Below are positions 49,395 through 63,369 of a stretch of 64,000 bases of DNA, one piece after another. Source of the stretch: Raja brachyura (Eukaryota); contig OY740797.1 of the NCBI GenBank assembly GCA_963514005.1, forward strand, positions 43,524,001-43,588,000, written 5' to 3'. The notes beneath the pieces are model-generated. The model searched no databases. It saw nothing but the letters and a program-made list of their open reading frames with translations, and was not told where the DNA came from. A program made the position numbers and the translations under genes. Numbering within the stretch: position 1 is the first letter of the stretch; every line of letters starts with the position of its first letter.

Positions 49395-52300
49395 AACATC
49401 GAAACATAGAAAATACGTGCAGGAGTAGGCCATTCGGCCCTTCGACCATTCAATATGATCATGGCTGATCATCCAAAATCAGTAGCCCGTTCTGGCTTTT
49501 TCCCCATATCCCGTGATTCCTTTAGACCTAAGAGCTAAATCTGACTCTCTCTTGATAACATTCTGCTAGCCCTAAGAGCTCCATCTAACTATCTTTTGAA
49601 TACATCCAGTGAATCGTCCTCCACTGCCTTCTGAGACAGAGAATTACACAAATTCACAACTCTCTGGGTGAAAAGGTTTTTCCTCAACTTAATTCAAAAT
49701 GGCCTACCCCTTATTGTTAAACTGTGGCCCCTGGTTCTGGACTCCCTCAACATCGGGAACATGTTTTCTGCATCTAGTGTGTCCAATCCCTTAATTAGAT
49801 TAGATAATTCTATATATGATTATGTAATTCTATAATTCTATAAGATATCCTCTCATCCTTCTAAATTCCAGTGAATAAAAGTCCAGTCGCTCCATTCTTT
49901 CATCATATATCAGTCCCACCATCCCGGGAATTAACCTCATGGACCTCCGCTGCACTCCCTCAATAGCAAGAATGTGCGTCCTTAAATTTGGAAAACAAAA
50001 CTACACACAATACTCCAGGTGTGGTCTCTCCAGGGCCCTGTACAACTGCAGAAGGACTTATTTGCTCCTATACTCAACTCCTCTTGTTATGAAGGCTAAC
50101 ATGCCATTAGCTTTCTTCACTGCCTGTTGTACCTATATGCTTACTTTCAGTGACTGATGTACTTGGACACCCAGGTCTTGTTGTACTTCCCCTTTTCCTA
50201 ACCTGACACCATTCAGATAATAATATGCCTTCCCATTCTTGCCTCCAAAGTGGATAACCTCACATTTATCCACATTATACTGCATCTGCCCACTCACCCA
50301 ACTTGTCCAAGTCACTCTGCATCCTCATAGTACCCTCTTTACAGTTCACACTGCCACCCAGATTTGTGTTATCTGCAAATTTGCAAATATTACTTTTAAT
50401 TCCTTCATCTAAATCATGAATATATTTTGTAAATAGCTGCGGTCCCAGCAACAAGTCTTGCGACACCCCACTAGTCACTGCCTGCCATTCTGGAAGGGAC
50501 CCGTTAATTCCTACTCTTTGTTTCCTGTCTGCCAACCAATTTTCTATCCATGTTAATACCCTATCCCCAATACCATGTGCTCTAATTTTGCCCACTAATC
50601 TCCTGTGTGGGACCTTGTCAAAGGCTTTCTGAAAGTCTAGGTACACTACATCCACTGGCCCCTTGTCCATTTTACTTGTTACATCCTCAAAAAATTCCAG
50701 AAGATTTTTCAAGCATGATTTCCCCCTTTGTAAATCCATGCTGACTTGGACCGATCCTGTTACTGCTATCCAAATGTGCCGCTATTACATCTTTGATAAT
50801 CGACTCCAGCATCTTCTCCACCACTGATGTCAGGCTAACTGGTCTATAATTCCCCGCTATCCCTCTCCCTCGTTTCTTGGAAAGTGGGTTAACATTAGCT
50901 ACCGTCCAATCCACAGGAACTGATCCAGAATCTATAGAACATTGGGCAATGATCACCAATGCATCAACGATTTCTAGAGCCACCTCCTTGAGTGCCCTGA
51001 GATGCAGATCATCAGACCCTGGGGATTTATCAGCCTTCAGTCCCATCAGTCTACCCAACACCATTTCCTGACTAATGTGAGTTTCCTTCAGTTCCTCCAT
51101 CACACTAGGTCCTCTGTCCCCTAGTACATATGGGAGATTGTTTTGTGTCTTCCTTATTGGAGAGAACTAAAGTACCTGTTCAACTCGTCTGCCATTTCCT
51201 TGTTACCCATAATATATTCATCTGTTTCTGTCTTCAAGGGACCCACGTTTGTCTAAACAATTTTTTTTCCTCTTCACATACCTAAAGAAGCTTTTACTAT
51301 CCTTTATATTCTTGGGTAGCTTACCTTAATACTTCATCTTTTCTCCCCATATTGACTTCTTAGTTACCTACTGTTTATCTTTAAACGTTTCCCAATCCTT
51401 TGACTTCCCGCTCATCTTTGCTATGTTGTACATCTTCTCTTTTATTTTTATGCTGTCCTTGACTTCCCTTGTCAGCCACGGTCGCCCCTTACTCACCTTT
51501 GAATCTTTATTTATTTTTGGAATGAACTGATCCTGCACCTTCTGTATTATTCCTGGAAATACCTACCATTGCTGTCCCACCATCATTCCTACTAGGATCC
51601 TTTTCCAGTCAACTTTGGCTAGCTCCTCCCTCATGCCTCCATAGTCCCCTTTGTTCAACTGCATTACTGCCACTTCTGATTTTACCTTCTCCCTCTCAAA
51701 TTGCAGATTGCAACTTATCATATTATGGTCACTACCTCCTAATGGCTCCTTTACGTTGAGTTCCTTTATCAAATCAAGTTCATTGCACAATACTAAATCC
51801 AGAATTGCCTTCTCCCTGGTAGGCTCCAGTACCATCTGCTCTCCGAATCCTTCTCAGCGGCACTCGACAGAACTCCCTTTCTTGGGGGTCCAGTACCAAC
51901 TTGATGTTTCCAGCCTACCTGCATGTTCAAATCTCCCATAACCACCGTAGCATTACCTTTACACCATGCTAATTTTAACTCCTAATTCAACTTACACCCA
52001 AGATCCAGGCTAATGTTTGGGGGTCTGTAGATAAGTCCCATTAGGGTCTTTTTACCCTTACAAATTCTCAGTTCTATCCACAATGACTCCACATCTACTG
52101 TTTCAATGTCACCCCTTGCAAGGGACTGAATTTCATTCCTTACCATCAGAGCCACCCCACCCTCCCTGCCCACCTGTCTGTCTTTTTGATAGGACGTATA
52201 CCCCTGAATATTCAGTTCCCAGCTCCGATCCTCTTGCAGCCATGTCTCTGTAATTCCCACAACATCACACTTGCCAATTTCTAACTGAGCCTCCAGTTCA

Positions 52301-53750
52301 CCCACTTTATTTCTTATACTTTGCGCGTTCATATATAACACTTTTTATTTGGTATTCACCTCCACTCTCACACCGGTTCTTATTTCACCTGACCTTACTC
52401 TTTTATCCCATCTTGAACTTTCCGTCCCATTAATTCGGGTGTCTTTCGTAACTTTTCCTGTACTCTCTTCCCCTTTAACTCCATCCTTGCACTCCCAATT
52501 TGTCAACCCCTCCCCTCCGCTATTTAGTTTAAACCCACACCTGTAGCCCTAGCAAACCTGCCTGCCAAAATGTCGGGCCCCCTCCAGTTAAGGTGTAACC
52601 CGTCCCTTTTGTACAGGTCACCCCTACCTCAGAAGAGATCCCAGTGGTCTATAAATCTAAATCCTTGCTCTCTGCTCCAGCCCCTCAGCCACACATTCAG
52701 ATCCCCTATCTCTTTGTTCCTGCCCTCACTAGCACTAGGTACTGGAAGCAATCCAGAGATAACCACCTAGAAGTCCGGCATTTCAGTCTTCATCCTAACT
52801 CTCTAAACTCACGTTGCAGAACCTCCTTCCTCTTCTTCTCGACGCCGTTTGTGCCCACATGCGCAACCACTTCCGCCTGCTCACCTTCCCTCTCGAGGAT
52901 GTTCTAAAGTCGGTCCAAGACATCCTGAACCCTGGCACCAGGGAGGCAACAGACCATCCTCGAATCTCGCCTGCCGCCACAGAATTTCCTGTCCGCACCT
53001 CAGACAATGGAGTCACCCACCATTATGGCTCTGCCCAATGTCGGTCTCGCCGGTCGAGTCTCATCGTTAGGATTGGAGCCACCGACCTCTCTGGCGTTCG
53101 TACTTGAAATGCCGCCTGTCCCGACAGCTCCCAAGAGGGTGTACCTGTTTTCATTGGGTACAGCCACCAGGGTCTCCTGCACTCCACGTTTGCTCCTCTT
53201 TCTTATAGACAACCACCTTCGCTCTTCCGGCATCCTAGGTGTGACAACCTCACTGTAGGTCCTGTCCAGGAAACTCTCGTTTTCCCGGATGGCCCTGAGG
53301 TCATCCAGCTGCGGCTCCAGTTCCCCGACGCGTTCATTCAGGAGCTGCACCTGGACGCAATTTCTGCAGGTGCAGTTGTTAGAAGCACCAGCGCAGTCCT
53401 TGACTTCCCACATCCTGCAGGAAACGCACTGTACCAACGTGCCTGCCATTTCTTCAGTGGACAAAAAAATCACAAATTTTGAATCAAGTGTAGCCTCCTT
53501 GCTCAACCTCCTCGCTGAAGACTCTTGAGCCAAAGACTCGCACTTTACTCACCAAGGCCACCTCAACCAGCCACCCCCACCTCTAGAGCAAGCCTTACTT
53601 TTATTTGCTGTTCAATTAGCTAATGAGCTAATTTACAAATTTAGTTCTCGGTTTTTAAATGGCCCGCTCTTGAAATCTCACCAAGGCTTTAACCTGCAGC
53701 CAATCCCCACACTCGCTCCTTCACCTGCCGCTCCTCTGCCGACCTTGAAG
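49395..53750 (-). mobile_element. Near full-length degenerate CR1-clade LINE (5' UTR, ORF1, ORF2, 3' tail)
   Basis: ORF1 with CxxC...CxCxxC, coiled coil and SGNH/GDSL esterase motif (RAIMVGDSIV) at about 53533-52525; ORF2 APE endonuclease (YMNAQSIRNK, VVGITETWL) from about 52341; RT motifs NYRPVSLTSVV, VYLDFQKAFDKVPH, KFADNTNLGG, YNVDKCEVIHFG; (TTCTATGT)-type tail near 49400; many stops and frameshifts. Confidence 0.93.
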
Positions 53751-54475
53751 GTGGGTAACCTCACATTTATCCACATTATACTGCGTCTGCATCTGCCATG
53801 CTTTTGCCCACTCACCCAACCTATTCAAGTCACGCTGCAGCCGCATAGCATCCTCCTCGCATCTCACACTGCCACCCAACTTTATGTCATCCGCAAACTT
53901 GGAGATGTTACGTTTAATTTCCTCGTCTAAATCATTAATGTATATTGTAAACAACTAGGGTCCCAGCACCGAGCCTTGTGGCACCCAATTAGTCACTGCC
54001 TGCCATTGTGAAAAAGACCCGTTAATTCCAACTCTTTGCTTCCTGCCTGCCAACCAGTTCTCTATCCATGTCAATACCCTCTCCCCAATACCATGTGCTC
54101 TAATCTTGCACACTAATTTCTTGTATGGGACCTTGTCAAAGGCTTTTTGAAAGTCCACATACACCACATCCACTGGCTCTCCCTTATCCATTCTACTGGT
54201 TACATCCTCAAAAAATTCCAAAAGATTAGTCAAGCATGATTTCCCCTTCATAAATCCATGCTGACTTTGACCGATCCTGTCACTGCTTTACAAATGCGCT
54301 GTTGAAACATCTTTAAAAATTGACTCCAGCATCTTCCCCACTTCCGATGTAAGGCTAACTGGTCTATAATTCCCGGTTTTCTCTCTCCCTCCTTTCTTAA
54401 AAAGTGGAGTTACTGTATATTGGCTACCTTACGGCTAATGGCTATTGGCACAGGAACTGATCCAGAGTCGCAAGA
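53750..54475 (-). mobile_element. Second CR1 LINE fragment (RT domain), same orientation, abutting the 5' end of the long copy
   Basis: ORF pieces KGKSCLTNLLEFFEDVT...VDFQKAFDKVP...VPQGSVLGP and FTIYINDLDE...KFADDIKLGG. Confidence 0.92.
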
Positions 54476-55867
54476 ACATAGTTGAATGTGGTTCTTATCC
54501 CAAGAATCTCCTGAAGTTGTGTTCTGGAGCTGTGTTGATGGATCTCCAACAACCACAATGATCTTTTCTTTGTGTAAGTCTTGACTCTAATAATTCAGGT
54601 GTTTGATGGCCATTGCCCTTGATCACCATTGCCTTCAGTTTTACCACAGCTCCATGATGCCACACTCAGTCAATGCAGTTGTGTTGTCCAAGTCAATGCC
54701 TCTCATCTCACCTCTGTATTGTTGACCCAGTACTTCTATTTCCGCTTCATTAATGAAATAAAAGGCGGATAGCACTGCCAATTGTCCCAACATTGAGCAG
54801 CAGGCTTCACCACCAAAGTTTTAAAGTCACCACAGATCTGTGAAAAGTCTTGTCATGGCTCAGTTCGATTTGATACAAGAGAGGGATCAGTTTCCATGCT
54901 TTCTGTTGCACTATTGATTTGCAAGTGACCACAATCATGAGAGTTGACCCTGATTGATGTAATCCCACCTTTGAACTTTCACTGTCCCCAGTTTGCTCTG
55001 GGGTCTTGGAGTCAAGCATTCATGGCCCACCAAGTCCATGCTGGCACAGAGTGAACTAATCCCATTGCATTCTTCCCACAGTGCTGTCAACCATCCCCCA
55101 GATTCTTCCTCTCACCTACTTATTAGGGGCAATTAATTGACCGTCCTGCATGTCTTTGGCTTTGGTAAGAAACCAGAGCACCCAGATGGAACACTGGCGG
55201 CCTCAGGGAGCCTTGCTTCACCACAAAAATCACATTTTCCTTTTGACCCTTGGAGTGTTTGTTTCTGTTTTATGCATTCACGTTTCTGTTTCATTTATTG
55301 CAAAATTGTTTCAATCACAATCATTTTCTCAAAGTGGTTGAATTTAAAATGCCTGTTCATTTCGGGATAGAAACGTCTTTCAATTGTTAAGAAACTCACT
55401 GAGTTGAGCTCATGGAAGTTCAAAGGTCAGTTTTGCCCTTGTTGCTTGATTTATATCCACCCAAACAATCCTCACTGCGATGAGACGCCCACAATTAATT
55501 TTAACCTCGTAGTTGAGATCTGATTAGTTTGGAAAGTTTCTGGGCGTTGTGTATTGGTGGCTCTTGCTTTTTGTACAAGGCAGCACCACAGGTACAAATA
55601 GCTGAAACAATTGGTTGAATTGTTTATGACATCTCCATTATTTAAAAGAATGTTTCCAATTATTTGTTTGCTGCGTTAATCTTTCAACTCTCTCTGCCTC
55701 AGTTTGTTCTCACTGTGTCAATACTCGCACTGAAAATAAACACAGAAATGAGTCGAACAGCTAGCCTTCTGATATTCCTCCCCCCCCCCCATCGCCACCC
55801 CGTATCCCACTCCTCCACTCCCATTGTGATTCTGTTTAACATCTTATGTTCTGTTCTGTTTGTTGAG

Positions 55868-56418
55868 TTTGGGGAGAAGGCTGGCACGGGTTATTGATTG
55901 GGGACGATCAGCCATGGTCACAATGAATGGCGGTGCTGGCTCGAAGGGCCGAATGGCCTCCTCCATATAACCATATAACCATATAACAATTACAGCACGG
56001 AAACAGGCCATCTCGGCCCTTCAAGTCCGTGCCAAACAACTTTTTTCCCTTAGTCCCACCTGCCTGCACTCATACCATAACCCTCCGTACCCTTCTCATC
56101 CATATGCCTATCCAATTTATTTTTAAATGATACCAACAAACCTGCCGCCACCACTTCCACTGGAAGCTCATTCCACACCGCTACCACTCTCTGAGTAAAG
56201 AAGTTCCCCCTCATGTTACCCCTAAACTTCGGTCCCTTAATTCTAAAGTCATGTCCTCTTGTTTGAATCTTCCCTATTCTCAAAGGGAAAAGCTTGGCCA
56301 CATCAACTCTGTCTATCCCTCTCATCATTTTAAAGACCTCTATCAAGTCCCCCCTTAACCTTCTGCGCTCCAGAGAATAAAGACCTAACCTATTTTCTAT
56401 GTTTCTGTCTCTATGTTA
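55868..56418. mobile_element. Young minus-strand CR1 3' fragment (55963-56390) nested in the tail of a plus-strand CR1
   Basis: Open ORF IEVFKMMRGIDRVDVAKLFPL...FFTQRVVAVWNELP with (CCATATAA)3 tail; the host tail gggccgaatggcctcct resumes as cctattttctatgtttct at about 56389. Confidence 0.8.
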
Positions 56419-56463
56419 CTGGTTCAAATTGGCAACAGAAAGCAAACTTAAACATGGCTTCAT

Positions 56464-56748
56464 GGCAGCACAGTGGCGCAGCTAGTAGAGGTACCGCCTC
56501 GTAGCTCCAGAGACCCAGGTTCAATCCTGACCTGGGGTGTGGTCTGTGTGGATTTTGCATATTCTCCCTGTGACCACACGGGTTCTCCCTGGGTTCTCCA
56601 GTTTCCCCGCACAGCCCAAAGATGTAGCAGATGAATTGGCCACTTGTATTTGCCCCTTGTGTGTTGGTCGTGGTAGCATTAGTGTGAGTGGTCATCACAG
56701 ACCCGTAGGGCCAAAGCACCGGTTACTGTGCAGTCCCTCTCCATGACT
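56464..56748 (+). mobile_element. V-SINE
   Basis: ggcagcacagtggcgcagctagtagag..ggttcaatcctgacc..V-domain..tail. Confidence 0.8.
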
Positions 56749-58904
56749 TGATGACGAATGAGCCCAATGCTTTCTGTTGAGTGCTGTTTGTGGTTTAATT
56801 TACACGTTTGAAGAGTGTGGAGGGTCAGGCAATCCTCAGCTGGATTTCTGACATTTTCTTTCGGGGAGATTAATTGCCCTCCATGGCGATGCCCAGCCCC
56901 AAGTGACATCTGGAATTCTGGACTAGGTCAAAAACCTACCAGTTCATGCACGAATCCCCCCAATCACCAACACACAAACACTATGATTTATCATAGTGCT
57001 TTATGATTGATAGCCCACTATCCAAATAAATATTTTACAGATCATTTTTTTATAGGTTTGATAAATGGAGCTATCTTTAAGATCATCTTTACCAAGACAA
57101 CCCTCTTCTTTTTTGGCCTCAAAATCTGTTGATTTGATGCATGGTGTTTTATCATTCCGACACCTATTCCTTTGAATAAACAAGATTCATTAACATAGCG
57201 TTTATCTCTACAAATCATTCTCTTAAAAAAAAAATCTTCCCGGACACAGATCCTGATTTTATTGAGTATTTGTACCCTTGAACCTATTAGCTTGTTGGAT
57301 GTTCAGGTGCGAATTTCTTCCAAGATTGGAAGATTTCATACATTTCCATTGTGAGAATTACATTTATTCTAGATAAATGAATAGATCAAATACATTCTGT
57401 ATTGGACAAGGCACGTTGGAGGAATGACTGCAATTGAGTTTTTACTGAATATCATTGATAAAGGCGATCGTAAAGTTAAAATAAATTGCCCTGGTTACTT
57501 GCTTTTGTACAATTTGGATCTACAAATACCTGAAATATCCAGATGACCTGAGGAAATGTTATTGTATAATGTAAAGATACTTGGCAGTTTCTGAAATTTG
57601 TCTATATGCATCACCATCAGCAGCCTCCTTTAAAAATACAGGGATCACTAATGCTGTACTTTTCTGTTTGCCAAGGTTATGCGAAGGTTATGATTATAGC
57701 CTCCTACAAGACCTGGAGAGCTTATCGAAAGAGTAGGAGATGTAGAAACCTGGAAAGGTCCTATTGTGTATGCTGTCTTTGCTTGGATTGTGGTAGATTC
57801 CAAGCCATCAGGTGCAGCTAGCCTTGGGTAAGAGGAGCTGTCCTCAACCGTGGATAGCCAGCCGCCTTATCATTTCAGTCATAAACTTGGGCTTAAGGAG
57901 GTCTTCTCTTAAAGCGATTTCAGAAACAATGAGCAGCAAATTGAAAATCTGCAGAAATATATTTTAAAACGAGGGAGGAAATCTAATGAGGAATAACATT
58001 ACAAAATAAAAGCAACAGTTCTGCTTTAAGTTGATTAAAGTGGTAGAGTTTTGTGTTGTGTTCATAGAGATCTGGGTTGTCTGATAAGCTTAAGGAGCTT
58101 GGAGAAGTAATGGTTAATAGATCTTTAAAGAAAGAAATCCATGCCGAATATGTTCCAGTGGTTTATTGCAGGGAAATCGTACACGGAAGCTAAGAAGACA
58201 GTTTAGGCGTTTCATATTTTTGCATGTGTAATACTCTTTAAAAACCACATTCAGTGTATTTATATTATGAGCAACTGCTGTGTAATTACACCAAAGAAAA
58301 TTACAGCAGAAACATTATTTTTTAACCCAGAAACATTCTTCGTGAACTCCTTTTACTACAGGGAGCTATTGTTATGATGAACATGGGGCTAATGTTTTAT
58401 TGAAGATATTTACTCAAGGGGTCCACACACACAGGAAATAAGCATTTCTGCCATGAAATATTTCCAGATGTGTTCCTGATACACTTACATTACTTTCAGG
58501 AGTGCATTATTATATGCTGTGAGTAACATTTTATTGAACACATTTACTCAAGGTGATCTACAGTACTAGTCATTTGATTAACTGCCTATTCGCATAGACT
58601 GTTCAGCAGTACATTTTCCGCTCTGGCAATGAGTTACTTTTATTAATTGGAAAATCTCAAGGTGAGCTGTTGCAATTCTTGTAGCAATGTTGTATATAAT
58701 ATTGACTGAATTTAGTTAAAACAGGAAGCGTCTATATGGCTGTTGTACAGGAGAGGGTTATTGTAAAAAACGTTAGTTAATAATTTCCATAACAGCTATC
58801 CTCATTTTCTGACCGCCACGTGCACTCGACTTAATTATAAAGGCTGTCAAATGTCCTTGGTCTTTTGAGCTATCGAAGAGATGTAGCTGTGTTAAATCTT
58901 CTCA

Positions 58905-59201
58905 CATTAGTTGAGAGATACAGTGCGGAAACAGGCCCTTCGGCCCACCGATTCCGTACCGACCAGCGGACCCCGCACATTAGCACTATCCTACACGCGT
59001 TAGGGACAATTTACCCTTACGCCAAGCCAATTAACCAAAAACCTGTACGTCTTTGGAGCGTTGGAGGAAACCGAAGATTTCGGAGAAAACCCAAGAACAT
59101 ACAAACTCCGCATGGACAGCACCCGTGGTCGGGATTGAGCCCGGGTCCCCAGCGCTGCAAGCGCTGGAAGGCAGCGACTCAACTGCTGCGCCACTGTGCC
59201 G
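58905..59201 (-). mobile_element. HE1-like V-SINE
   Basis: Reverse copy with head, V-domain and tail. Confidence 0.85.
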
Positions 59202-59866
59202 TATTTTCCTTCATCTTTCTGCTCCCCCCCTCGCTCACCCCTCTCCCTGCCATGGATTTTCCCCTACTCGTACTCTTCCTATAGAGTTTTCCGCAGTCAA
59301 TTTGTTTTAAGCCTCACGGCTTCAGATATGCTTCATTGCTACACAGTGGAGGCTTAATTGATCTGTGCTCTTTCCCTTTGTTGATGAGAATTATATCAGG
59401 TTGGTTTAACAGTCTCATTTTCTACTCCCAATGCACAGTTGTTTAATGTTTTCCAAGTAATGAAGCGGCAGTTAGAGAGTTTGAGGCATCCACACAGCTG
59501 GCAGTTCGGCAAACCCGGCCTCTGCTGGCATCTTAGACACAAACTGTTCTATTTAATATGAACCGGGGTACAATAAATACCACATAAAACATGTAAACAT
59601 TAATAAATCAGAATTTAAAAGTCTGGCTTGATTCAGTTGGTGAAGCTTGCTAAATAGGTGGGGGAAACAGAAAGAGCTGGTGAATTTTGTTTTGAGGGAT
59701 CATGTTGCTCTTTCTCTCCGCTCGATGCTGGGGCACAGTTGCAAGAATGCTGACCATTGTTTGGCCCCTTGGACTGTCTTCTTGTGTGACACTGGACAAG
59801 ACATTCTAGCATTTGTCATGATGGATGGTGTTTAGGAGGGTGTTAAAGAACTACAGTTAAGCCTGA

Positions 59867-60112
59867 AGGTAGACAAAAGTGCTGGAGAAACTCAGCGGGT
59901 GCAGCAGCATGTATGGAGCGAAGGAAATAGGCAACGTTTCGGGCCGAAACCCTTCTTCAGACTCGAAATAGGCAACGTTTCGAAGGAGATAGACAATGTT
60001 TCAGCCCGAAACGTTGCCTATTTCCTTTGCTCCATCAATGCTGCCGCACCCGCTGAGTTTCTCCAGCACTTTTGTCTACCTTCGATTTTCCAGCATCTGC
60101 AGTTCCTTCTTA
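59867..60112. mobile_element. Palindromic Penelope-end insertion, subfamily 2
   Basis: 15-bp TSD TACAGYTAAGCCTGA (59852-59866, 60113-60127); rearranged centre. Confidence 0.82.
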
Positions 60113-60382
60113 TACAGCTAAGCCTGACCTTAACTCACCTGCCTTTCACATTAATGCACCTTCCTGTTTCAGTCACCATGCAGATATAAGTTATGGGAAT
60201 TTGTTTGATTAACTGTCACTCTCATTAACTTAGCAGCACTAAAGGCAATGATAATAGTCCAGTATTGCACTCTCCTTCAGATCAGCTAATTTCGGGGCAA
60301 GATAGTTTAAGGTATCCAGTGGTGTGCTGTTATAAATTGTTCAACTTTCTTATTCTTGAGCAATGAACCTGCACAACTTTCA

Positions 60383-61100
60383 CGGGACCCGGGTTTGATC
60401 CTGTGTATGGATGCTGTCTGTACGGAGTTTGTATGTTCTCCCCGTGACCGCCTGGGCTTTCAACAGATGCTCTGGTTTCATCTCACACTCCGAAGACATA
60501 CAGGTTTGTAGGTCAATTGGTTTCAGTAAAATTGTAAATTTTCCCTAGTATGTAGGATAATGTTGGTGTATGGGGTTTGCTGGTCAACGTGGACTTGGTG
60601 GGCCGAAGGGTTGTATCTCAAGATTCAAGAGTTTATTTTCATGTGTCCCAGATAGGACAATAAAATTCTTGCTTTGCTTCAGCACAACAGAATATAGTAG
60701 GCATAAATAAATATAGAACAGATTAGTGTGACCATATACCATTGAAAAAAAAAATATATATATATATATACCCACACATAGGCAGATAAAGTGCAATGGG
60801 CTATTAATGTTCAGAGTTTTGTTTGAGTTGAGTTGAATAGCCTGATGACTGTGGGGAAGAGCCTATTCCTGAACCTGGATGTTGCAAATTTCAGGCTCCT
60901 GTACCTTCTACCTGAAGGCAGCGGGGAGATGAGTGTGTGGCCAGGATGGTGTGGGTCCTTGATGATGCTGCCAGCCTTTTTCAGGCAGCGACTGCGATAG
61001 ATCCCCACGATGGTAGGGAGGTCAGAGCCAATGATGGGCTGGGCAGTGGTTACAACCTTTTGCATTTATTCCGCTCCTGGGCGCTCTAAACTAAACTAAA
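60383..61100 (+). mobile_element. 5'-truncated V-SINE whose tail is split by a Rex1-like insertion
   Basis: SINE body 60383-60619; terminal ctctaaactaaactaaa resumes at about 61083. Confidence 0.75.
60620..61082 (-). mobile_element. Rex1/Babar-like LINE 3' fragment
   Basis: ORF QKVVTTAQPIIGSDLP...IIKDPHHPGHTLISPLPSGRRYRSL...SRFRNRLFPTVIRLFN, the characteristic Rex1-type C-terminus; (CTTGAAT)-type tail. Confidence 0.8.
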
Positions 61101-62023
61101 ATTGTTAACACAATGGGTCGGCATATGCTTTTTAAGACCAGCAAATGCCGACTGTTTTCAGAAGCCCCTTCATGCACAAGTTTTCAATTCATTTGATAAT
61201 TTAAAAGTCTGAAGAAGGATATGGACCCAAAACGTTGAGACTCTGTCCATTTCCATTTCCCTCCATAGATGCTGCCTGACCCCCTGAATTCCTCCAGCAC
61301 TTTGTTTTTTTTGCTCAACATTCCAGCATCCGCAGTCTCCATTGTAAAATCTTTGCTTTCGTTGCCGAATGGATGAGTTGATGACAGATCAGTGAAGCAA
61401 AAAGTATGCCTGAGACCCGAGTGAACTGGGCAGACAATTGTGGCCACCTCCTTAACCAAGCAGCATAAAACACTGAGAAGTAAACACAAGGGCTGAGTGG
61501 GCACTTTGAGTTTGAGTGGGTATTAGGAGTAGGAAGGCAAAGGACGTGGATTCGGTTGGAGAAGAGAAAAAAAGAACAATAAATTAAATTTTTTTTAACA
61601 TTTAACATTTCAAAAAAAAACCCATCATCAATTAAAACCTGAAAGAAGAAGACTTCACACCAGTTGTAGTTAATTTGCACTGCCAGCAATGTTGATTGAT
61701 AGTAATTAACAGTTAACGCATCATTCAAAGAGAACTTGTAATACATTGACGTGACTAAACTTGCCATGTTTATTGATCTGCCGTGGAGATGAAACAACTT
61801 CAAGCTTGTCGATGACTTTCCATGATACAGCAGTGAGCTGCCATTTTTACAAATCGAATGGTGGAGTGTGCCAAAGTCAATCACAACTTCCAGATATTTG
61901 TATTTGATCTTGCGTTTACTAGTTGCTGAATTAAGTGTGGAAACAGGCCTTTCAGCCCAACTTGCCCACACTGGATTAGACAAGACCTTTAACATGATTG
62001 ATGTGCAGAGGGACTTGGGGGGT

Positions 62024-62372
62024 CAACAGTCAAGAGTGTTTTATTGTCATATGTCCTGGAATGGAACAACAACATTCTAACATGCAGCAACACAACAGAT
62101 ATGTAAACATAGTACTCAGTAAACTCCATGGTAAACAATGAAAAAAGTGTGTGTGTCTGTGTGTGCGTCAAACAAACAATGATAGTGCAAAGACAAAAAA
62201 CAATGCTCCACAGTCTGTATGTAGTTCAGAGATTATTGTGGAGGTTGCAGTGTTTAGTGCCCTGAAGGTTGTTGGGAAGAAGCTGCTCCTGAACCTGGAC
62301 GTTACAGTTATCAGGCTCCTGGACCTTCTTCCCAATGGCAGGAGTGAAGTAAGAGTCTGGCCAACATGGGGA
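62024..62372 (-). mobile_element. Rex1/Babar-like LINE 3' fragment
   Basis: PHVGQTLTSLLPLGRRSRSL..TSRFRSSFFPTTFRALN. Confidence 0.75.
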
Positions 62373-62539
62373 GGTGTGATCCAGATCCAGAGCTCCCTGA
62401 AAATGGCAACACAAGGAGGTAGAGAGGTGAAGAAGGAGCATGGTTTTCTTTCCTTCATGCTTAGCATCAGAGAAGAGAGAAGCAGTCAGTGTTTCAGATC
62501 AGTGCTGCTTCGGCAGAACTATGGGGCCAGGTCGTTAAT

Positions 62540-63135
62540 GTGTAATTGAGCATCCCACAGTGATCCCACTCTGTGCTCCTAGAACTGCCAGTATTAATAA
62601 CTTGCTGCTTGCTGAGTATGGACATAGTGGGTTCATATTTATTCTATCCCATTCATAGTTGGAAGGTGGAATTCTCTATAGAAATGTGTCATAGGTGCAA
62701 AATCATGAAGGTGTGCTACCTGGATTGGAAGGTATTGCCTACAAGGAGAGGTTGAACAAAATTGGATTGGTTTCTCTGGAACGTTGGAAGTTGGGGTTCC
62801 GACATGATAGACGCTTATAAAATTATAAGAGGCACGGATAAGGTAGACAGTCACGACCTTTTCCCCAGAATGGAATTGGCAAAGAATGGAGGATGTAGCT
62901 TAAAGAAGAGAGGGGCAAGATTTAAAGGAGATGTGCAGAGCACATTTTTTTACACACAGAGTGGTAGATTCCTAGAACCCGCTGCTGGCAGATGGGATGG
63001 TGGCATTTAAGAGGCTTTTCAATAGGCATATGTATATGCAGGGAATGGAGGAATATGCATCAGTTGCAGGCAAAGCAGATTAGTTTAGCATCATGTTTGG
63101 CATAGACATTTTGGACCAAAGGGCTTGTTCCTGTG
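62540..63135 (+). mobile_element. CR1 3' fragment
   Basis: GSDMIDAYKIIRGTDKVD..LFPR..GARFKGDVQSTFFYTQ; tail interrupted by a Penelope end at about 63135. Confidence 0.75.
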
Positions 63136-63338
63136 TAGGAAGGAATGGCAGATGCTGGTTTAAACCGCAGATAGACTCAAAAAGCTGGAGTAACTCAGCG
63201 GGTCAGACAGCATCTCTGGAAAAAAGGAATAGGTGACGTTTCGGGTCGAGACCCTTCCTCAGACTGAGAGTCTGTTCCTTCTCTCCAGAGGTGGTATCTG
63301 AGCCGCTGAGTTACTCCAGATTTGGTGTCTACCTTTGG
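63133..63338. mobile_element. Penelope-end palindrome with intact hammerhead-like core on - strand (63262 to 63235)
   Basis: Minus strand cagtCTGAGGAagggtctcgacccGAAACGTCacc. Confidence 0.78.
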
Positions 63339-63369
63339 CATGTTTCTGCGATGTATTATTTCTATGTTT

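Larger units (their letters stand above)
1810..61340. repeat. Further dispersed Penelope-end copies
   Basis: Approximate spans: 1810-1905, 4222-4360, 9493-9620, 19050-19148, 20045-20118, 24477-24610, 25438-25560, 26115-26200, 28266-28360, 29330-29418, 31340-31465, 47372-47566, 49050-49152 with 49270-49392, 61205-61340. All share ctggagtaactcagc..gcagcatct..gacgtttcgggtc..cccttcttcag or its complement. Confidence 0.75.

Noticed and set aside
61315-61995. Longest ORF in the track (226 aa, - strand)
   Set aside because: Runs through a SINE/CR1 tail, AT-rich low-complexity DNA and a Penelope end; no domain signature.
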